From contig CAVOGR010000010.1 in the NCBI GenBank assembly GCA_963695555.1, positions 1 through 36,966 of the forward strand: DNA of 36,966 nt, given 5' to 3'. Position numbers and translations under genes: made by a program. This DNA is from an uncultured Gemmatimonadales bacterium. GTDB taxonomy: Bacteria > Gemmatimonadota > Gemmatimonadetes > Gemmatimonadales > GWC2-71-9. Below the pieces are notes generated by a model. That model saw nothing but the letters and a program-made list of their open reading frames with translations, was not told where the DNA came from and did no database searches. This document shows, one piece after another, positions 20,484 through 30,459 of the stretch. Numbering within the stretch: the first letter of the stretch is position 1; each line of letters opens with the position of its first letter.

Positions 20484-20906
20484 ATGACCGACCCGACCGA
20501 CATCACCTTCCGGGTGAACTACTCGGAGACGGATCGCATGGGGGTGGCCTACCACGCGCGCCACCTGGTCTGGCTGGATATGGCGCGCACGGAGTTTCTG
20601 CGCGCGCGTGGGATGACCTACCGTGAGTTCGAGGACATGGGCTTCCGGTTGGCGGTGGCCGAAGTCACCGTGCGTTACCTCAAACCAGCGGAGTACGACG
20701 ATCTCATTCGGGTCCGCTGCTGGATCCGGGATCTTGGCTCGAGACGGATCGTGTTTGCCTATTCGATTGAAAACGCCACAACCGGTCAGGTCCTGGCCAA
20801 CGCCGAGACCAACATGGTGTGCCTGAATACCGAGTTTACTCCCACCCGGCTCCCGCAGGAGATCATGACCATCCTTACCCGGCCTCCGACCCATGGGGAG
20901 CAGTAG
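20484..20906 (+). CDS. Acyl-CoA thioesterase (YbgC/4HBT family)
   Basis: RVNYSETDRMGVAYHA...ARTEFL and YLKPAEYDD motifs. Confidence 0.9.
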   Translation: MTDPTDITFRVNYSETDRMGVAYHARHLVWLDMARTEFLRARGMTYREFEDMGFRLAVAEVTVRYLKPAEYDDLIRVRCWIRDLGSRRIVFAYSIENATTGQVLANAETNMVCLNTEFTPTRLPQEIMTILTRPPTHGEQ

Positions 20907-22965
20907 CACCATGACTTCCTCGACACACCGCTGGACGGCGTGCCGATCGCCCGTCCTCGTCCTCACCGTGGCCGCCGTGTGCTCCACCTCTCCCTCCGCG
21001 GCGCAGGACAACGCACTGGTGGAAGCCGTGGCACCGCTCCTGGCCGTGGAAGACGCGAGGGAATGGGCCCCTGCCACCCTCGAGAGCGGTATTCAACATC
21101 CCGACCCGCTGGTGCGGCGCGTTGCGGCCATGGCCATCGGCCGCGTGGGCCACCCTGCCGGGCTCGAGCTGCTGATCCCGGCGTTGGTGGATCAGGACAG
21201 CACCGTGCAGACGGCCGTCCTCTTTGCACTGGGGTTGTTGGGGGACTCGGCTGCGGTGCCGTTCATCCTCGACCGCTTCTCGACGCAGCCGCCGCTGTCG
21301 TCAATCGCAGCCGCCGAAGCGGTCACGGCGCTGGCCAAGATCGGCGGCCGACAGGCGGCCGACTTCATGTCGAATCTCCTCCGCGGCACAGCGACCCTCA
21401 CCACCGAGCGTGAACCGGCGTTGCGCCAGGCGGCGCTCGAAGCCTGGCGACTTGGCGATCTCGCCCCGGCCAACGACCTGGTCGCGTTCTTTGGTGAAGA
21501 CGACGACCTACGCTGGCGCGGCATGTACAGCCTGGGGCGCCTGAGGTCGACCGCAGCGGCGCAGCGCTTTGTCGACGGACTCCGCGACGTCTATGTGCCG
21601 GTCCGGAATGTGGCTGCCCGTGCCCTGTCGGCGCCGTATGTCGAGCAGGCGGGTCTCGACCCGGACGCGACCATCGAGCTGCTCCGTCGAGCTGCCGAAG
21701 ACCAAAACGCGGGCGTCCGGATCCAGGCCATTCGCTCCCTGGGAACGTACCAACGGGCAGATCTGTCCCCCTTCCTCCGCCTGTTCGTCGAGGACTCACA
21801 CGGCGGCGTTCGGGTGCAGGCCCTGATGTCATTGGCACGTTGTGGCGGACCGGAAGCTGTCGCGGAGTTCACGCGGGTGCTCGAGAACGGCAACCAATTC
21901 GCCATGGAGCGTGAAGCCCTGATGGGACTGGCGCGAACGGACTCGGCCGAGTTCATCCGCATCGCGAGAGCCTGGGCCGGCAACGCCGATTGGCGCCGCC
22001 GAGCCGCCGCGGCGCGCGCCTGGGTAGCGGTCGTGCCGGGGCCTGGAGAAGAGAAGCCCGATTTCCTCGACGATCGTGACGGCCGGGTCGTGGCGGCCGC
22101 GCTCGAGGCCTGGAACGACGCGGCAGACGAACCCGGCCACGCCCTCGTCGCAGAGGCTCGGCGGCTCGTCACGCATGACGACGCCGTGGTACGCACCGTG
22201 GCCGCAACGGTGCTGGCCCGCGCTCCAGACCCTTCGGATGTTGCGCAGCTGGCTGCGATGTTCGACCGCGCACAGCGCGATTCGATCCCGGACGCGGCAC
22301 GGGCCGCCCTGGAGGCGCTGCTGGCCATCGCCGGCGTTTCGGATGAGGGCCAGAGTGCCGTCGCATCGCGGTTCCTGGTGCTCACGGCAACCCCGGACAA
22401 CTACCTGTTGCGCGGGTGGGCCGACCAGCACTGGCCGGCGCTCGCGAGCCGGTGGGGGCCGCGCTCGCCGATTGAGACCGGCCGCACATTGGAGGATTAC
22501 CGTGTATTTGCGCGCCGGTTCGTCGTCAACCAAACAGCGGACGCGTATCCCCACGTGTTCATCGAGACCTGGGAGGGCCGGACCATCGAACTCGAGCTGT
22601 TTGGGCCCGATGCGCCAATGACGGTGGCGAATTTCCTCAATTTGGTCGATCGCCAGTTCTTCGACAGGAATCGTTGGCACCGCGTCGTGCCTGATTTCGT
22701 GGTTCAGGACGGCGATCCGCGGGGTGATGGGTGGGGCGGCCCGCCGTCGATCATCCGCGATGAAATCAACATGCAGCGCTATCAGGCCAATGTGCTGGGC
22801 ATGGCCTTGTCCGGCCCGGACACCGGATCCAGCCAGTGGTTCATTACCCTGAGCCCCCAGCCCCACCTCGACGGGACCTACACGGTGTTCGGCAAGGTGG
22901 TGGGGAATGCGGCGGGCATCCAGCGCATCATGCAAGGCGATCAGATCAGGGCCATCCATCGATGA
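20893..22965 (+). CDS. Exported HEAT-repeat protein with C-terminal cyclophilin-type PPIase
   Basis: Signal peptide and many VR..A..ALG repeats. C-terminus has APMTVANF, HRVVPDFVVQDGDP and SQWFIT...HLDGTYTVFGKV. Confidence 0.9.
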   Translation: MGSSSTMTSSTHRWTACRSPVLVLTVAAVCSTSPSAAQDNALVEAVAPLLAVEDAREWAPATLESGIQHPDPLVRRVAAMAIGRVGHPAGLELLIPALVDQDSTVQTAVLFALGLLGDSAAVPFILDRFSTQPPLSSIAAAEAVTALAKIGGRQAADFMSNLLRGTATLTTEREPALRQAALEAWRLGDLAPANDLVAFFGEDDDLRWRGMYSLGRLRSTAAAQRFVDGLRDVYVPVRNVAARALSAPYVEQAGLDPDATIELLRRAAEDQNAGVRIQAIRSLGTYQRADLSPFLRLFVEDSHGGVRVQALMSLARCGGPEAVAEFTRVLENGNQFAMEREALMGLARTDSAEFIRIARAWAGNADWRRRAAAARAWVAVVPGPGEEKPDFLDDRDGRVVAAALEAWNDAADEPGHALVAEARRLVTHDDAVVRTVAATVLARAPDPSDVAQLAAMFDRAQRDSIPDAARAALEALLAIAGVSDEGQSAVASRFLVLTATPDNYLLRGWADQHWPALASRWGPRSPIETGRTLEDYRVFARRFVVNQTADAYPHVFIETWEGRTIELELFGPDAPMTVANFLNLVDRQFFDRNRWHRVVPDFVVQDGDPRGDGWGGPPSIIRDEINMQRYQANVLGMALSGPDTGSSQWFITLSPQPHLDGTYTVFGKVVGNAAGIQRIMQGDQIRAIHR

Positions 22966-25787
22966 CGCGACGGTTGGTTTGGGTGTGGCTCGCCCTGCTC
23001 GTGCTGGCCCCGACGCCGGCTCCGGCCCAGTTCTTCGCGTTCGGCAAGAACAAAATCCAATACCGGAAGTTCGATTGGCGGGTGCTCCGGGGCCCGCACG
23101 TGGACCTGCACTACTATCCCGAAGAGGCGGAGCTCGCGACCATCGCGCTCGAATATGCCGAGGTCAGCTACGATAGCCTCCGGCTCAAGTTCGGGCACGA
23201 GGTGCCGCATCGGGTTCCGCTGATTCTCTACGCCTCGCACGTCGATTTCGAGCAGACCAATATCCTCCCCTTCACACCACCCGAGGGTATTCTCGGCGCG
23301 ACCGACTTCGCCAAGCGGCGGGTGATCATGCCGTTTCGGGGGAGCATGGCGGAATTCCGTGCGACACTGCGGCACGAAATGGTGCACGTATTCGAGCTGA
23401 GCCAGGTCACCGAGAGCTACCTGCGCGCGCCGCGTGCCACCCGTCCCAGGTTGCCGTTGTGGTGGACGGAGGGATTGGCCGAGTGGTGGTCTGCCGGCGA
23501 AGATGCCCGCGACGAGATGGTCCTGCGCGACCTCGTACTCACCGGCCGGCTGCCGCGCCTCCAAGATTTGACCAACGCCTCCGGCGGGCTGGTCTATCCC
23601 ATTGGCGGACGCATCCATCGCTGGCTGGCGGAAACGTATGGTGATTGGCGTCCGGCCCTGCTGTATCAAGAGCTGTATCGCTATGCCACCTTCGACGAGG
23701 CCATCGAGGGCGTGTATGGCCGGTCGCTCGAGCAGCTGAACGAGGAGTTCCAGTTCAGCATGCGGCGCGACTACTACCCGACCGCCGCCGAGCGCGTGCC
23801 GCTGACGGTAGCCGCACGCGAGGTGGCACAACAAGCCGTGAAGGCCGCGTACACGCCGGGGCCCGCCAATGAAGGGGAGGCCGTGTACCTGTCTCCCCGG
23901 AACGGCTACATCAGCATCTTCCGCAAGAACCTCGAGACCGGTGAGCGGCACACCATCGTGACCGGTGGGCGCTCGGAGGACTTCGAGTCGTTCCATCCGT
24001 TCTCGTCCCGGATCGACGTCAGCCGGCCCGGCTACCTCCTGTTCTCGACCCAGCGCGGCGACCGGGACGCCCTGATCATCTGGGACCTGGCCGAAGGTAA
24101 GCCCGCCGGCCGATACCAGTTTGCCGACCTCGTGTCGGTACTCTCCCCGGTCTGGGCCAAAGACGGGCAGAGCATTTTCTTCAGCGGGCTTTCCCTGGGC
24201 GGCATCTCCGACCTGTACCGGGTGTGGCTGCCTGATGGCCGCCTCGAGAAACTCACGGACGACCGGTATCAGGATCTCGATCCGTCGGTCGGGCCGGAGG
24301 GCCGGCGGGTGGTATTCGCGTCCGACCGGACCGCGGACGGCCTGGTCGGCGCGGTCAGCCTGTTCGTCCTCGACCTCGAGTCGCGCGATATTCGTCAGCT
24401 GACCAGCGGGCCCTGGGTCGATGAGACACCAACCTGGGCTGCCAACGGCCGGATTTACTTCACCTCCGGTCGGGACGGCAACCTCAATGTCTTCTCGGTG
24501 GACTCACTGGGGGCGGGACGGCGTGAAACGTCGGCATGGACCGGTGCCTTCGACGCCGCCCTGGTCCCGGAAAAGGACGCGCTCCTGGTGAGCGGCTACA
24601 ATGGCCTCTCGCTCAACCTCTACAACTATCCGGCAGACTCAGCGGCGCGGGCCGACAGCTTCCCGGCCCCCGCTCGTGTCGAGGCTCACAGCGCCTGGCA
24701 GTGGCCCGGCCCGGCGGACGCGGATCAGGACCAGGCAAACGGCCAGCCCTACGCCCAGCGCCTGACCATCGATATTGCGGCGGGAGAGATCGTCGCCATC
24801 CCCGGCTTTGGCGGAGCGCAGGGTGCGGCGGTCTTGATGAGCGACATGCTGAACGACCATCTCCTCTTCGCCAGCGTGTCCTCGTACCAGGGGTCCGAGT
24901 TCGGCAGCATCTTTTCGAACATCAACGCCGACGTCATTTACATCAATCAGAGTCACCGGCTCAACTGGGGCGTCGGAGCGTTCCGTCACCAGGGTGCGAA
25001 TTTCGAGGGCGACCGGACCGTGGCCTACAACGAGGAGACGGCCGGCGGCATGGCCGTCGTCCGGTATCCGTTGAGCCGGTACAATCGGGTGGAGGCCTCG
25101 ATGGTGGTCGAGTACTCCGACCGGCTCGACTTCACCCTGCCGGTCGACGAGTTCCGCCGCAAGGGACTCATCACGTCCCACTTCGTGAGCTTCGTGCGCG
25201 ACAATTCACTCTGGACGCTTACCGGACCGATCGATGGCGGACGATTGAGCCTGACGGCCGGGATCTCGAGCGATTTCTCCAACGCCCGGTTCGACAGTTT
25301 CCTCCTGACCGGCGACTGGCGGAAGTATCTCCGCCTCGGCTCGAAGAGCGCCTACGCGGTGAGGCTCATCGGGTTCTATAGCGGGGGCGACCGGCCGCGC
25401 CGGATCTACATGGGCGGTACCAGCGGCATGCGCGGCTACCCGCTGTACGGCCGAATCGTCGGCTCCCGCGCCTTCATGCTGAACCAGGAGATCAGGTTTC
25501 CTCTGCTCGATTACCTGACATTCGGCACGCCGCTCGGCGCTCTCCGGTTCCCGGAAGTGCAGGGCGCCTTGTTCTTCGATGTCGGCAAGGCCTGGTTTCC
25601 CCAGGGCTCCGAGCGCGCAACACTGGGCAGCGTCGGCCTGAGCCTTCGATGGGCATTGTGGCCGTTCGCGGTAGTCCGGCTCGACGCGGGCCGCCGGTTC
25701 AGCTCCAACGACTTCGTGGGCTACAGTCTGACCGAGGATGAGAAGACCTCCGGCTTCGTGAGCGTGTGGTTTGGGTTCAACTACTAG
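22962..25787 (+). CDS. Omp85/BamA-TamA family outer-membrane protein with N-terminal HExxH peptidase-like and TolB/PD40 propeller domains
   Basis: Signal peptide, FGKNKIQY, HEMVH...WWTEGLAE and PD40-type repeats (SPVWAKDG, DPSVGPEGRRVVFAS). C-terminal barrel with MRGY, ALFFDVGKAW and terminal GFNY. Confidence 0.85.
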   Translation: MTRRLVWVWLALLVLAPTPAPAQFFAFGKNKIQYRKFDWRVLRGPHVDLHYYPEEAELATIALEYAEVSYDSLRLKFGHEVPHRVPLILYASHVDFEQTNILPFTPPEGILGATDFAKRRVIMPFRGSMAEFRATLRHEMVHVFELSQVTESYLRAPRATRPRLPLWWTEGLAEWWSAGEDARDEMVLRDLVLTGRLPRLQDLTNASGGLVYPIGGRIHRWLAETYGDWRPALLYQELYRYATFDEAIEGVYGRSLEQLNEEFQFSMRRDYYPTAAERVPLTVAAREVAQQAVKAAYTPGPANEGEAVYLSPRNGYISIFRKNLETGERHTIVTGGRSEDFESFHPFSSRIDVSRPGYLLFSTQRGDRDALIIWDLAEGKPAGRYQFADLVSVLSPVWAKDGQSIFFSGLSLGGISDLYRVWLPDGRLEKLTDDRYQDLDPSVGPEGRRVVFASDRTADGLVGAVSLFVLDLESRDIRQLTSGPWVDETPTWAANGRIYFTSGRDGNLNVFSVDSLGAGRRETSAWTGAFDAALVPEKDALLVSGYNGLSLNLYNYPADSAARADSFPAPARVEAHSAWQWPGPADADQDQANGQPYAQRLTIDIAAGEIVAIPGFGGAQGAAVLMSDMLNDHLLFASVSSYQGSEFGSIFSNINADVIYINQSHRLNWGVGAFRHQGANFEGDRTVAYNEETAGGMAVVRYPLSRYNRVEASMVVEYSDRLDFTLPVDEFRRKGLITSHFVSFVRDNSLWTLTGPIDGGRLSLTAGISSDFSNARFDSFLLTGDWRKYLRLGSKSAYAVRLIGFYSGGDRPRRIYMGGTSGMRGYPLYGRIVGSRAFMLNQEIRFPLLDYLTFGTPLGALRFPEVQGALFFDVGKAWFPQGSERATLGSVGLSLRWALWPFAVVRLDAGRRFSSNDFVGYSLTEDEKTSGFVSVWFGFNY

Positions 25788-25809
25788 CCCAGGCGGCCCC
25801 TAACCCCAA

Positions 25810-26517
25810 ATGCCACAATACCTTTTGCTTGACCCCCGTCGGGTGCCCGTCTACATTGGCTTGGCTCTCGGGGCGTGCCGGCCCATGCCCGTGTCGCTGA
25901 TACCAGAGCCCGCCACTCCGTTGCCGGCCGAGCAGGTCACCGCCTGGGCCGATGCAACGGTCCCTCAGGGGCATCGGCTGCACCGGTTCAAGTGGCTGTT
26001 TCAGGACGACCGGGCCAGCACGGGAGGGCAGGGCAGCGCGCGCATCGCGCCGCCGGATTCGCTTCGGTTCGATGTGATGGGACCGTTCGGCTCGAACCCC
26101 ACTGCGGCGGTGGTTGTGGGAGACAGTGCCAGATGGGTCAGGCCCGCCGACGCGGTCGAGAAGATGATCCCGAACTACCCCTTGATGTGGGCGATGTTCG
26201 GCGTGGCGCAGCATCCGGATCGGGGCGCGGTGGTGCGTGGGTTCCGCGGCCAGCGGGCGACGGTATGGCAATATGCCAGCGGGGTGGATACCGTTGAGTA
26301 TGCCAGGCTCGATCGAGGCGATCCGACTCTCGTCGCAATCGTCCGCCGCGCCGGCGAAGTGATCGGCCGGGTCGAGACCCGGCTTGCTCCTGACGGAACA
26401 CCGCTCAAAGCGAGGTTGATTGTTCCCAGCATTCCGGCTCGGCTCGACATCACGTTTCTCTCGACCGAGCCCTCGGCGGGGTATCCGCCGGATACTTGGT
26501 ATCCTGACGATCGGTAG
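25810..26517 (+). CDS. Hypothetical lipoprotein
   Basis: LALGAC lipobox; beta-rich body; co-oriented with its neighbours. Confidence 0.65.
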   Translation: MPQYLLLDPRRVPVYIGLALGACRPMPVSLIPEPATPLPAEQVTAWADATVPQGHRLHRFKWLFQDDRASTGGQGSARIAPPDSLRFDVMGPFGSNPTAAVVVGDSARWVRPADAVEKMIPNYPLMWAMFGVAQHPDRGAVVRGFRGQRATVWQYASGVDTVEYARLDRGDPTLVAIVRRAGEVIGRVETRLAPDGTPLKARLIVPSIPARLDITFLSTEPSAGYPPDTWYPDDR

Positions 26518-26977
26518 CGTTGCGATCGGAGGGTGCTACGGCTTTGCCGGCGGCGGGCTGCCGTCCGAGATCCGAACGGTTGCAGTCCTTCCGTTCGACA
26601 ACCTGACGTCCGAACCCACCCTGGGCCAGGAGATCCTGACTGCGGTGCGGGAGGCGGTCGAGAGCCGATTAGGCCTCCGACCCGCCGGCGAGAATCAGGC
26701 GGATGCCATAGTCCAAGGTAGGATTACCCGGTATCAGCCCGACCTGCCGGTGGCGTTCCAGGGCGGCCCTGGCAATCGGGTCGATGTAACGCGGCGACTG
26801 GTGCAGATCACCGTTTCGGTCGAGATTACGGATCAGCGAGCGAACAAGCCCCTGTGGCAGCGTAGCAATCTCACGGTCGAAGGCGATTACGAGACCGGCC
26901 GTGAGCTCGAGGGACGCGCGAAGGCACTGGAGAAACTCATCACCGATATCGTCGACGGAGCCCAGTCCCAATGGTGA
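26420..26977 (+). CDS. lptE: LPS assembly lipoprotein LptE-like
   Basis: GGC-YGF...LPSEIRTVAVLPFDN, ADAIVQGRIT and C-terminal A...L..DIV...W pattern. Start uncertain. Confidence 0.75.
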   Translation: MFPAFRLGSTSRFSRPSPRRGIRRILGILTIGSVAIGGCYGFAGGGLPSEIRTVAVLPFDNLTSEPTLGQEILTAVREAVESRLGLRPAGENQADAIVQGRITRYQPDLPVAFQGGPGNRVDVTRRLVQITVSVEITDQRANKPLWQRSNLTVEGDYETGRELEGRAKALEKLITDIVDGAQSQW

Positions 26978-27339
26978 CACGCTCGCCCAGACGACATGGC
27001 GGCAGCAATGTCGGCTGCCTCATTTCGCTCTTGATACTCGCCGGGGCCCTGTATTACGGGATCAACATCGGCGAGGTCTATTGGCGCTACTATCAGTTGC
27101 TCGACGAGATGAAATCACAGGCCCGGCTGGCACCGAGCCTAACCGACGCCACCATCCGCCGCCGGCTCATCATCCAAGTCGAAGAGCTCGGCCTGCCGCC
27201 GGACGCGAGCAAGTTCACCATCCGCCGCTCCGGCCGGACCCGATTGATCACCATCGAGACCGAGTACAACGAAAGTGTCGATCTTCCCTTCTTCAATCAC
27301 ACCTTCCGATTTACTCCCAAGGCGGAGGCCGGGCTTTAG
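26971..27339 (+). CDS. Small membrane-anchored pilin-like hypothetical protein (DUF4845-like)
   Basis: Basic leader RRHGG then a hydrophobic helix (GCLISLLILAGALYYG), with a short beta-rich C-terminus. Confidence 0.65.
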   Translation: MVTRSPRRHGGSNVGCLISLLILAGALYYGINIGEVYWRYYQLLDEMKSQARLAPSLTDATIRRRLIIQVEELGLPPDASKFTIRRSGRTRLITIETEYNESVDLPFFNHTFRFTPKAEAGL

Positions 27340-28672
27340 CCGCCGGTACCTCTGGCTCGTGGTCCCGGGCGCGGTCCTCCTCGCGCCACCGCCCCTGTGG
27401 GCGGCGGAAGGGGCCTTACCCATTCCGAATCTGTTGCTGGTCCTGGCCGCGATGCTCATCGCAGCCAAGCTGCTCGGTGAGGCCGCCGAGCGTATAGGCC
27501 AGCCGGCCGTGCTCGGCGAGCTGGTGGCCGGGGTCCTGTTAGGCTCGAGCGCACTCGGCATCATACCGAGCGCCGGACCATCCGGCGAGTTCATCCACGT
27601 CCTGGCCGAATTGGGCGTCATTCTCCTCCTGTTCGAGATCGGACTCGAGACCGACCTGAAGGAGATGTTCCGGGTCGGGACCAGCTCGCTCGCCGTGGCG
27701 CTCGTCGGTGTCGCGCTGCCGTTCGCATTCGGTTTGGTGTATTGGTTTTTCGCCCCGCATCCGGGCGCGAACACGGCAAGTGGCGAGTTGGTCACGGCCG
27801 CGATCTTCGTCGGCGCTACCCTCACGGCCACGTCCGTCGGCATCACCGCCCGGGTCCTGTCGGATCTGGGCCAGATGCACACCGAGGAGGCGAAGATCAT
27901 CATCGGTGCCGCGGTCATCGACGACGTGCTCGGCCTGGTGATCCTGACCGTGGTGTCCGGCATCGCGGCCGGCACGGCCGTGTCGGTCGCGGGAGTCTCG
28001 ACCGCCTTGGCACTCGCCTTTGGGTTTTTGGTGGTCGCGGTCGGGCTCGGCAGCTTTGTCGCGCCCAAACTGTTCGACTTCATCGACCAGCTCAGGGTGC
28101 GGCACGTGCTGGTGGTCTTTGCCTTCGCCTTCGCACTCACCCTCGCGGCATTGGCGACGCTTGCAGGCTCGGCGCTCATCATCGGCGCGTTCGCCGCCGG
28201 CATCATTCTCTCGGGCACCAACCAATTCGACAGCATCGAGAGCCGGATCCGGCCGGTGGCCGGTATCTTCGCCCCGATCTTCTTCGTCTCGGTGGGATCG
28301 TCAGTCAACTTGAACTTGTTGAATCCCGCCACGCCCGAGGCGAGGGCCACCCTGGTTATCGCAACCGTGCTCACGGTGCTCGCGATCGTCGGCAAGGTGG
28401 CCGCCGGGTGGGCGGCGCCCTGGGCCAAGTTCCGCCGGGGCCTGGTTGGGGTGGGCATGGTGCCGCGGGGTGAAGTCGGCCTTATCTTCGCCGATATCGG
28501 CCGCCGGACCGGTGTGCTGTCGCAGGAATCGTTCGGCGCCGTGCTGCTGATGGTGATGGCCACCACCTTCGTGGCGCCGCCTGCGCTCAAGGCCCTCTTC
28601 AAGCGCACGTCGGACACAGCCGAATCCAAGCCCGCCAAACCGCCGATCCACGAGCACAAGGACCTCGAGTGA
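27275..28672 (+). CDS. Cation:proton antiporter (CPA2 family)
   Basis: [35 protein letters not shown] and [11 protein letters not shown] motifs. True start is probably downstream of 27275. Confidence 0.92.
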   Translation: MSIFPSSITPSDLLPRRRPGFSRRYLWLVVPGAVLLAPPPLWAAEGALPIPNLLLVLAAMLIAAKLLGEAAERIGQPAVLGELVAGVLLGSSALGIIPSAGPSGEFIHVLAELGVILLLFEIGLETDLKEMFRVGTSSLAVALVGVALPFAFGLVYWFFAPHPGANTASGELVTAAIFVGATLTATSVGITARVLSDLGQMHTEEAKIIIGAAVIDDVLGLVILTVVSGIAAGTAVSVAGVSTALALAFGFLVVAVGLGSFVAPKLFDFIDQLRVRHVLVVFAFAFALTLAALATLAGSALIIGAFAAGIILSGTNQFDSIESRIRPVAGIFAPIFFVSVGSSVNLNLLNPATPEARATLVIATVLTVLAIVGKVAAGWAAPWAKFRRGLVGVGMVPRGEVGLIFADIGRRTGVLSQESFGAVLLMVMATTFVAPPALKALFKRTSDTAESKPAKPPIHEHKDLE

Positions 28673-29148
28673 GCGGATCCGCGGACAAGGTCCGGACCCG
28701 CGCGGCCGCAGTCGATTGGCGGCAGCAGCAATCGGGGCCGGTGGTGTTTACCAACGGTGTGTTCGACCTGTTACATCCCGGCCACGTGGAGCTGCTCGAA
28801 GCGGCCCGCGCGCATGGCACCCACCTCATCGTCGGGCTCAATTCCGATACCTCCGTGCGGCGCCTCGCCAAGGGCCCGTCGCGGCCCATCATGGGCCAAG
28901 CCGACCGGGCTCGGCTGCTCGCGGCGCTCGTGGCCGTCGACTGTGTTGTCATGTTCGATGAACCGACGCCGCTCGAGCTGGTCCGGGAGCTCCGACCCGA
29001 CGTCCTGGTCAAGGGCGGCGACTACGCGCCCGAGGACGTGGTTGGCGGCGATGTGGTACGTTCCAGTGGCGGGCGGGTCGTGATCGTCCCGCTGGTCCCA
29101 GGGTATTCAACGACTTCGATCGTGGAGCGTCTCCGTGCCTCGTCCTGA
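28669..29148 (+). CDS. rfaE2: D-glycero-beta-D-manno-heptose 1-phosphate adenylyltransferase (RfaE/HldE domain II)
   Basis: [30 protein letters not shown] and STTSIV motifs. Confidence 0.93.
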   Translation: MSGSADKVRTRAAAVDWRQQQSGPVVFTNGVFDLLHPGHVELLEAARAHGTHLIVGLNSDTSVRRLAKGPSRPIMGQADRARLLAALVAVDCVVMFDEPTPLELVRELRPDVLVKGGDYAPEDVVGGDVVRSSGGRVVIVPLVPGYSTTSIVERLRASS

Positions 29149-29845
29149 CGGAAGGGCCAACAACGAACTCCGAGCGGTGGTTCTCGAACGCCGTGCCAAT
29201 CCATATGCGGAAGGGTCGTGCCTCATACGCGCGGGAGGTACTCTCGTGTACTGCACGGCCAGCGTTGAGGCGGGCGTGCCCGGATGGCGCAAGGGCTCGG
29301 GCCTTGGGTGGGTAACAGCCGAGTATGCCATGCTGCCACGCGCCACCACCGAGCGAACCCGGCGCGAACGGAGCGGGCCGGGCGGGCGCACCCAGGAAAT
29401 CCAGCGCCTGATCGGCCGCTCGCTCCGCGCGGCCATGCGCACGATGGAGTTCGGCGAGTACACCATCCGGATCGACTGCGACGTGCTCCAGGCCGACGGC
29501 GGCACCCGCACCGCCGGCATTACCGGCGGCGCGGTGGCCCTGGCGGACGCGTGTGAGTGGTTGGCCAAGGAGACTGGGATCGAGAACCCATTCGGCCGCC
29601 TGGTGGCCGGCGTGTCGGTCGGGATTGCGGGCGGCGAGCCGCGGGTCGACTTGGCATACGCCGAGGACAAGGACGCCGAAGTGGACGCCAACGTCGTCAT
29701 GCTTCACCCCGACCAATTTGTGGAGGTGCAGGGCACCGGTGAGAGCGGCACCTTCTCCCGCCGCCAGCTGAACGAGCTGGTCGACTTGGCGGAGCAGGGC
29801 ATTCATCAGCTGTTCGCCATCCAGCGTGACGCCTTGACCCAGTGA
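29135..29845 (+). CDS. rph: Ribonuclease PH
   Basis: [38 protein letters not shown] and EVQGTGE motifs. Confidence 0.97.
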   Translation: MPRPDGRANNELRAVVLERRANPYAEGSCLIRAGGTLVYCTASVEAGVPGWRKGSGLGWVTAEYAMLPRATTERTRRERSGPGGRTQEIQRLIGRSLRAAMRTMEFGEYTIRIDCDVLQADGGTRTAGITGGAVALADACEWLAKETGIENPFGRLVAGVSVGIAGGEPRVDLAYAEDKDAEVDANVVMLHPDQFVEVQGTGESGTFSRRQLNELVDLAEQGIHQLFAIQRDALTQ

Positions 29846-30459
29846 AGATCCTGGTTGCGACGAGGAGCGAAGGGAAGCAGCGCGAGTTGAGGCGGCTCTT
29901 CGCGGAGGCCGGGCACGAGGCCGTCTTTCCGAGCGAGGCCGGTGTCCCGTGGTCTGGGGCGGAGGAACTCCTCGAAGTCGCCGACAGCTTCCAGACCAAT
30001 GCGCGGGTGAAGGCGGAGTACTTCGCCCGAAAAACAGGACTTCCCACCGTGGCGGACGACTCGGGGCTCGAGGTGATCGCGCTGGGCGGCAAGCCGGGTA
30101 CGCGCTCCAAGCGCTTCGCGGGCGCAACCGGAGCCCCGCTCGAGGTCGACCAAGCCAACAACAAGGAGCTGCTGCGCCGGCTGTCCGGGCTCGCGGACGC
30201 GAAGCGGCGAGCGCGCTACCGCTGCGTGTTGGCGTATCTCCCGGCGCCGGGTGCCGTGCCCCGGATATTCGAGGGGACCTGCAACGGCCGGATACTCGCC
30301 GAACCACGGGGAGAGGGCGGATTCGGGTACGACCCCTTGTTCTTGAGCGATGACTTGGATCAGACCTTCGGCGAGGCGGACCCTGCGGCAAAGGACACCG
30401 TGAGCCACCGTGGCCAGGCCTTCCGGGCATTCCTGGCGGCGCTCCAGCCTTCCAGTTGA
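29842..30459 (+). CDS. rdgB: Non-canonical purine NTP pyrophosphatase (RdgB/HAM1)
   Basis: ADDSGL, GFGYDPLF and K...SHRG motifs; follows rph. Confidence 0.95.
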   Translation: MKILVATRSEGKQRELRRLFAEAGHEAVFPSEAGVPWSGAEELLEVADSFQTNARVKAEYFARKTGLPTVADDSGLEVIALGGKPGTRSKRFAGATGAPLEVDQANNKELLRRLSGLADAKRRARYRCVLAYLPAPGAVPRIFEGTCNGRILAEPRGEGGFGYDPLFLSDDLDQTFGEADPAAKDTVSHRGQAFRAFLAALQPSS

